A stretch of 64,000 nucleotides of DNA, taken from contig JABGXB010000003.1 of NCBI GenBank assembly GCA_018675975.1, positions 66,181 through 130,180 on the forward strand. Direction: 5' to 3'. A program made the position numbers and the translations under genes. The stretch comes from Candidatus Woesearchaeota archaeon (GTDB lineage: Archaea; Nanobdellota; Nanobdellia; Woesearchaeales; JABGXB01). A model generated the notes under the pieces. It worked only from the letters and a program-made list of their open reading frames with translations. It ran no database searches and was not told the origin of the DNA. Of this stretch, positions 60,608 to 64,000 are shown piece by piece (the stretch's first letter is position 1; the number at the start of each line of letters is the position of its first letter).

Positions 60608-61354
60608 ATGGTATATTATTATATTTTTTTAAGTAGTATAATTGTTTCATTAATTTCATTAATAATTATATTACCATTTTTAAAATTATTTAATAATAAA
60701 AAAATATTATTAGCATTACTAAGTCTATCAGTTGGAATATTATTTGGAAATGTTTTTATTCACATTCTTCCAGAAATTATTGAATTATATGGTTATAATT
60801 CAAATATTGCAATTAGTATTATATTAGGCTTTTTTATAATGTTTTTAATTGAAAAATTTATTCATCACCATCATAACTGTAAAAATATAAAAAAAGAAAA
60901 ACAAATAGGTCATCAACATGCATATCACTTAGGTACTATGAATTTAATAGGAGATGGTGTACATAATTTAATTGATGGAATGATAATTGCAAGTTCATAT
61001 TTAATTAATATACCTTTAGGTATTGCTACAACAATTTCAATAATATTTCATGAAATCCCTCAAGAAATTGCAGATTTTTCTATTTTAATTTATTCCGGTT
61101 GGGAAAAGAAAAAAGCTATATTATTTAATTTATTATCTGGATTAATGTCAATATTTGGAGCATTTATTGCAATCATATTAAATAATAGTTTTAATAATTT
61201 TTTATATTTTATAATGCCTTTTGCAGCAGGTACGTTTTTATATATAGCAACATGTAATTTAGTTCCAGAATTACATAGACATTGTGATTATAAAAATACA
61301 TTAATTCATATAATTTCAATTTCAATAGGAATAATTATTATGTTTATAATTTAA
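60608..61354 (+). CDS. ZIP family metal transporter
   Basis: HILPE, a His-rich loop, DGVHNLIDG, HEIPQE and LVPELH. Confidence 0.92.
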   Translation: MVYYYIFLSSIIVSLISLIIILPFLKLFNNKKILLALLSLSVGILFGNVFIHILPEIIELYGYNSNIAISIILGFFIMFLIEKFIHHHHNCKNIKKEKQIGHQHAYHLGTMNLIGDGVHNLIDGMIIASSYLINIPLGIATTISIIFHEIPQEIADFSILIYSGWEKKKAILFNLLSGLMSIFGAFIAIILNNSFNNFLYFIMPFAAGTFLYIATCNLVPELHRHCDYKNTLIHIISISIGIIIMFII

Positions 61355-62997
61355 TCACGAAGAACAATTTCTGCCCAACTAATTAATCCAATTTTCTTTT
61401 TATATAATTCAGTCATTATATTAAATTGAGCATATGCTTTATCTCTACTTTCATCTTGAAAATCACTTTGTTGATTATCATTAATTTCTTTTTCTTCTTC
61501 TTCTTTTTTAGTTTTACCTGATAATTTACTCATGGTTTTTTTTAATGTTTCTTTATCTAAATTACCACCAGCCATAGCATTAATTAATTCAAATCCACCC
61601 TTAAATACTCCAATAAATGGCTCTATAATAGAATCTTTTTTTTCATCTTTTTTATCTTCATCATCGTTTTTTAAACCAGCTTGTTCTACAAGTTTATCTT
61701 CTTTAATATAATCAGTACCAGGAATATCAATATCCTCTCCTTTTGATGCTAAAACTAATTCTAATTCTTCTTTATAATTATTAAAAATATCATTTAATTG
61801 ATCTACAAAACCTCCAACTAATTCAAAGTTTTTAACATCATTTAATAATAAATAAGCTTCATACTGTTCATCAGTCCATTCATATAAATTAAAAATTAAT
61901 TCAGTTCTACCAACATGTGTAACTTGTCCTCCTTGTGTTGCCTGAGGTCTTGTTCTAAAATCAAAATGAGATACAAAATAAAATCCTTTATATTCTTTTT
62001 TATCATGAATTTTTTTATCATCAGGTCTATCTATTCTCGCTACAATTTCCATTTCCATAAGCATTTGATCTATAAATGATAAAATTTCAGGGTCTGATAA
62101 TCTTTGAGTTTTAGAACCTAATCGTCTTTCAACTTTTAAATATGGTAATAACCAATCAATATTTAATTTTAATACATTATAATGACGTCTTAAATCTTGA
62201 ATTAAGAATTTTTTTCTTTGCATTAATTCATGATATGAATTATCTAACCAATTATAATAAGCAGAAACTTTTTCTGCAAGTGCATTTAATAAAAGTACTG
62301 AGTATTGTGGATTTTTTTTTTTAAATCCAAAGCTTTCTAAAAATTTTTTAACAGACATATGTGGAGGTTTATGATTATTCATAAAAAGAGTTGGAAGAGT
62401 TGTAAATTGTATTTGCTGAGCCATTCCAAAAATACTTTGAGGTGATTGAACTCCACCTAAAACAAATGAATTCCATATATTTTTTAAATTTAAATCAGCT
62501 GTTTCCCAATTTTCATCTAATTTAAAATAACTATCATAAAATGCCAATCGTTCTTCAATTACTCTTATATTTCTCAAAATTGGAAACATCTCTCTAGACA
62601 TTCTACCAATTCCTGTTAATAAATTTGTAATACGGTCTTGAAATATTCCTTGTTTCTGACCCAATTGATTACCAACTTGACTAATTTCTGATCCAGTATA
62701 AGTATCTAAAGTTTTTTTAATATCTTTAATACCAAAATCATCTCTATATATTCCTAACATAATATAATAAATATGTTCAATTGACTGAGAAAATTTAATC
62801 CATGTTACTGGATATTTTTTAATTGGTTTTCCTAAAAAATCTTCAATTTCAGATGATTTTAAAGAACCCAAAAATTTTTTGATTCTTGAATTTACTTTCA
62901 AATCTTTATGTCTAACATTTTTTCTTTCAAACCTTGGGCTAGATTTAATTCTTTCTATTTCTTTACAAATATCTTTTTTTTTTAAATCGTCACCCAT
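61351..62997 (-). CDS. Hypothetical helical protein
   Basis: 548-aa ORF with no recognised motif. Confidence 0.65.
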   Translation of the reverse strand: MGDDLKKKDICKEIERIKSSPRFERKNVRHKDLKVNSRIKKFLGSLKSSEIEDFLGKPIKKYPVTWIKFSQSIEHIYYIMLGIYRDDFGIKDIKKTLDTYTGSEISQVGNQLGQKQGIFQDRITNLLTGIGRMSREMFPILRNIRVIEERLAFYDSYFKLDENWETADLNLKNIWNSFVLGGVQSPQSIFGMAQQIQFTTLPTLFMNNHKPPHMSVKKFLESFGFKKKNPQYSVLLLNALAEKVSAYYNWLDNSYHELMQRKKFLIQDLRRHYNVLKLNIDWLLPYLKVERRLGSKTQRLSDPEILSFIDQMLMEMEIVARIDRPDDKKIHDKKEYKGFYFVSHFDFRTRPQATQGGQVTHVGRTELIFNLYEWTDEQYEAYLLLNDVKNFELVGGFVDQLNDIFNNYKEELELVLASKGEDIDIPGTDYIKEDKLVEQAGLKNDDEDKKDEKKDSIIEPFIGVFKGGFELINAMAGGNLDKETLKKTMSKLSGKTKKEEEEKEINDNQQSDFQDESRDKAYAQFNIMTELYKKKIGLISWAEIVLRD

Positions 62998-63011
62998 TTT
63001 TTACTATATAA

Positions 63012-63392
63012 TTATTTTTTTAAAAATAATTTTAAAAAATCATTAAATTGTTGTCTTTGTTGCCAAATATTTATCATTATAGGAAATATACCTAAAGCTA
63101 AAGTCAATAATCCAATTATTGCTAAAAATTTAAATTGATTTTCATCAAAATATTTTAAGATAAATAATATAACTGATAATACTATTATTACAAAATATAA
63201 CATAACTGTTTTTGATAAAAGTGAATTTGTTCTTAATAAGTTTAAATTCATTCTTTCAATTTCATTAAGTATTAAATATTTTGAATTAGTATCATAATTA
63301 TCAATTTTAGGTTTTGAATCTAAAGCTATTTTTTTTATAGTACTCTTCTTATTATTTGTACTCACATTTTTTTTTGTTTTTTTTAATGCCAT
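63012..63392 (-). CDS. Small membrane protein
   Basis: Two TM helices. ATG at 63392 follows GAGG. Confidence 0.6.
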   Translation of the reverse strand: MALKKTKKNVSTNNKKSTIKKIALDSKPKIDNYDTNSKYLILNEIERMNLNLLRTNSLLSKTVMLYFVIIVLSVILFILKYFDENQFKFLAIIGLLTLALGIFPIMINIWQQRQQFNDFLKLFLKK

Positions 63393-63393
63393 T

Positions 63394-63825
63394 TTAATCC
63401 TCAAAATAAATTATTTTTTTCTTTTTTGTACACTTCAATTGACTTTTTAATACAGGAAGTATTTGTATTTTGTATATTGGTTTATTTTTCAATACTGATT
63501 TACTAAATGAATATGAAAATGATTTTATCATATCAACTTCAAGAGATTGATTAATATCAGCAAGTCCAACTCCAAACTCATCTTCATTTACGACTTGATA
63601 AGCAAAATTACCAATTGCAATACCTTCATTTTTAATAGTAATATTAAACATTATATTATCACCAACTTGTTCTTGATATTTATTTGTAATTTTAAAATCT
63701 ACAGCACTTTGACATGGATCAAACTTTTCAATGCCAGATTTTATTAAATAATTTATTAAAAACAATATTCCTATTAAAATAATTATACCTATGCTTCTAT
63801 AAATTAGCTTATTTACACCTCCCAT
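63394..63825 (-). CDS. Membrane-anchored exported protein (pilin-like architecture)
   Basis: N-terminal hydrophobic helix, a Cys pair and a beta-rich domain (ITIKNEG). Confidence 0.55.
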   Translation of the reverse strand: MGGVNKLIYRSIGIIILIGILFLINYLIKSGIEKFDPCQSAVDFKITNKYQEQVGDNIMFNITIKNEGIAIGNFAYQVVNEDEFGVGLADINQSLEVDMIKSFSYSFSKSVLKNKPIYKIQILPVLKSQLKCTKKKKIIYFED

Positions 63826-64000
63826 TTATAAATAAAAATATGATTTTAAATTTATAAGTTTATCTAGACTATTATAAACAAAATATAAATTAAAATAATT
63901 TGTTTTTAAAATAATAATAAATTCCAATTAATATAATAATTGCAATCAAATAAATTGGAGTCACAAATATTTGCCATGCAATAATTTTAATCCAACCTAA

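Noticed and set aside
1418..61354. Convergent genes abutting or sharing TTAA (1418/1419, 5069/5070, 22404-22407, 23478/23479, 48127-48130, 61351-61354)
   Set aside because: Expected in a compact AT-rich genome that favours TAA stops.
635..63747. Short ORFs antisense to or nested in longer genes (e.g. 635-931, 1648-1905, 2474-2845, 21871-22119, 25401-25784, 30263-30661, 52951-53142)
   Set aside because: Shadow ORFs of well-supported genes, with no motifs or independent signals.

Overview
Very AT-rich, gene-dense archaeal DNA. The histone, aIF-5A, aIF-6, L40e, Dph2/Dph6, NreA and ATP-dependent ligase genes, plus TATA-type promoters, point to an archaeon. The K(A/G)Q class III signal-peptide proteins and giant Cys-rich secreted proteins suggest a DPANN lineage such as Woesearchaeota (inference). 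Three things stand out. (1) At 35.9-38.4 kb a XerA/IntI-like tyrosine recombinase that lacks the IntI-specific insertion sits beside an integron-like array. Branched attC-like hairpin sites alternate with cassettes, and each cassette carries its own terminal inverted repeats. There is one alpha/beta-hydrolase cassette and two ORF-less cassettes. (2) An intact bacterial primary-type sigma70 (RpoD-like) with a long novel N-terminus lies in this archaeal context, directly downstream of a 784-aa protein with repeated HTH-like modules. (3) Two paralogous surface-protein operons each pair a class III signal-peptide protein with very large Ig-like/Cys-rich secreted proteins. The ORF track also missed an L40e gene and a frameshifted 2-phosphoglycerate kinase. 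No rRNA, tRNA or CRISPR array was recognised. All calls come from reading motifs by eye; no searches were run.
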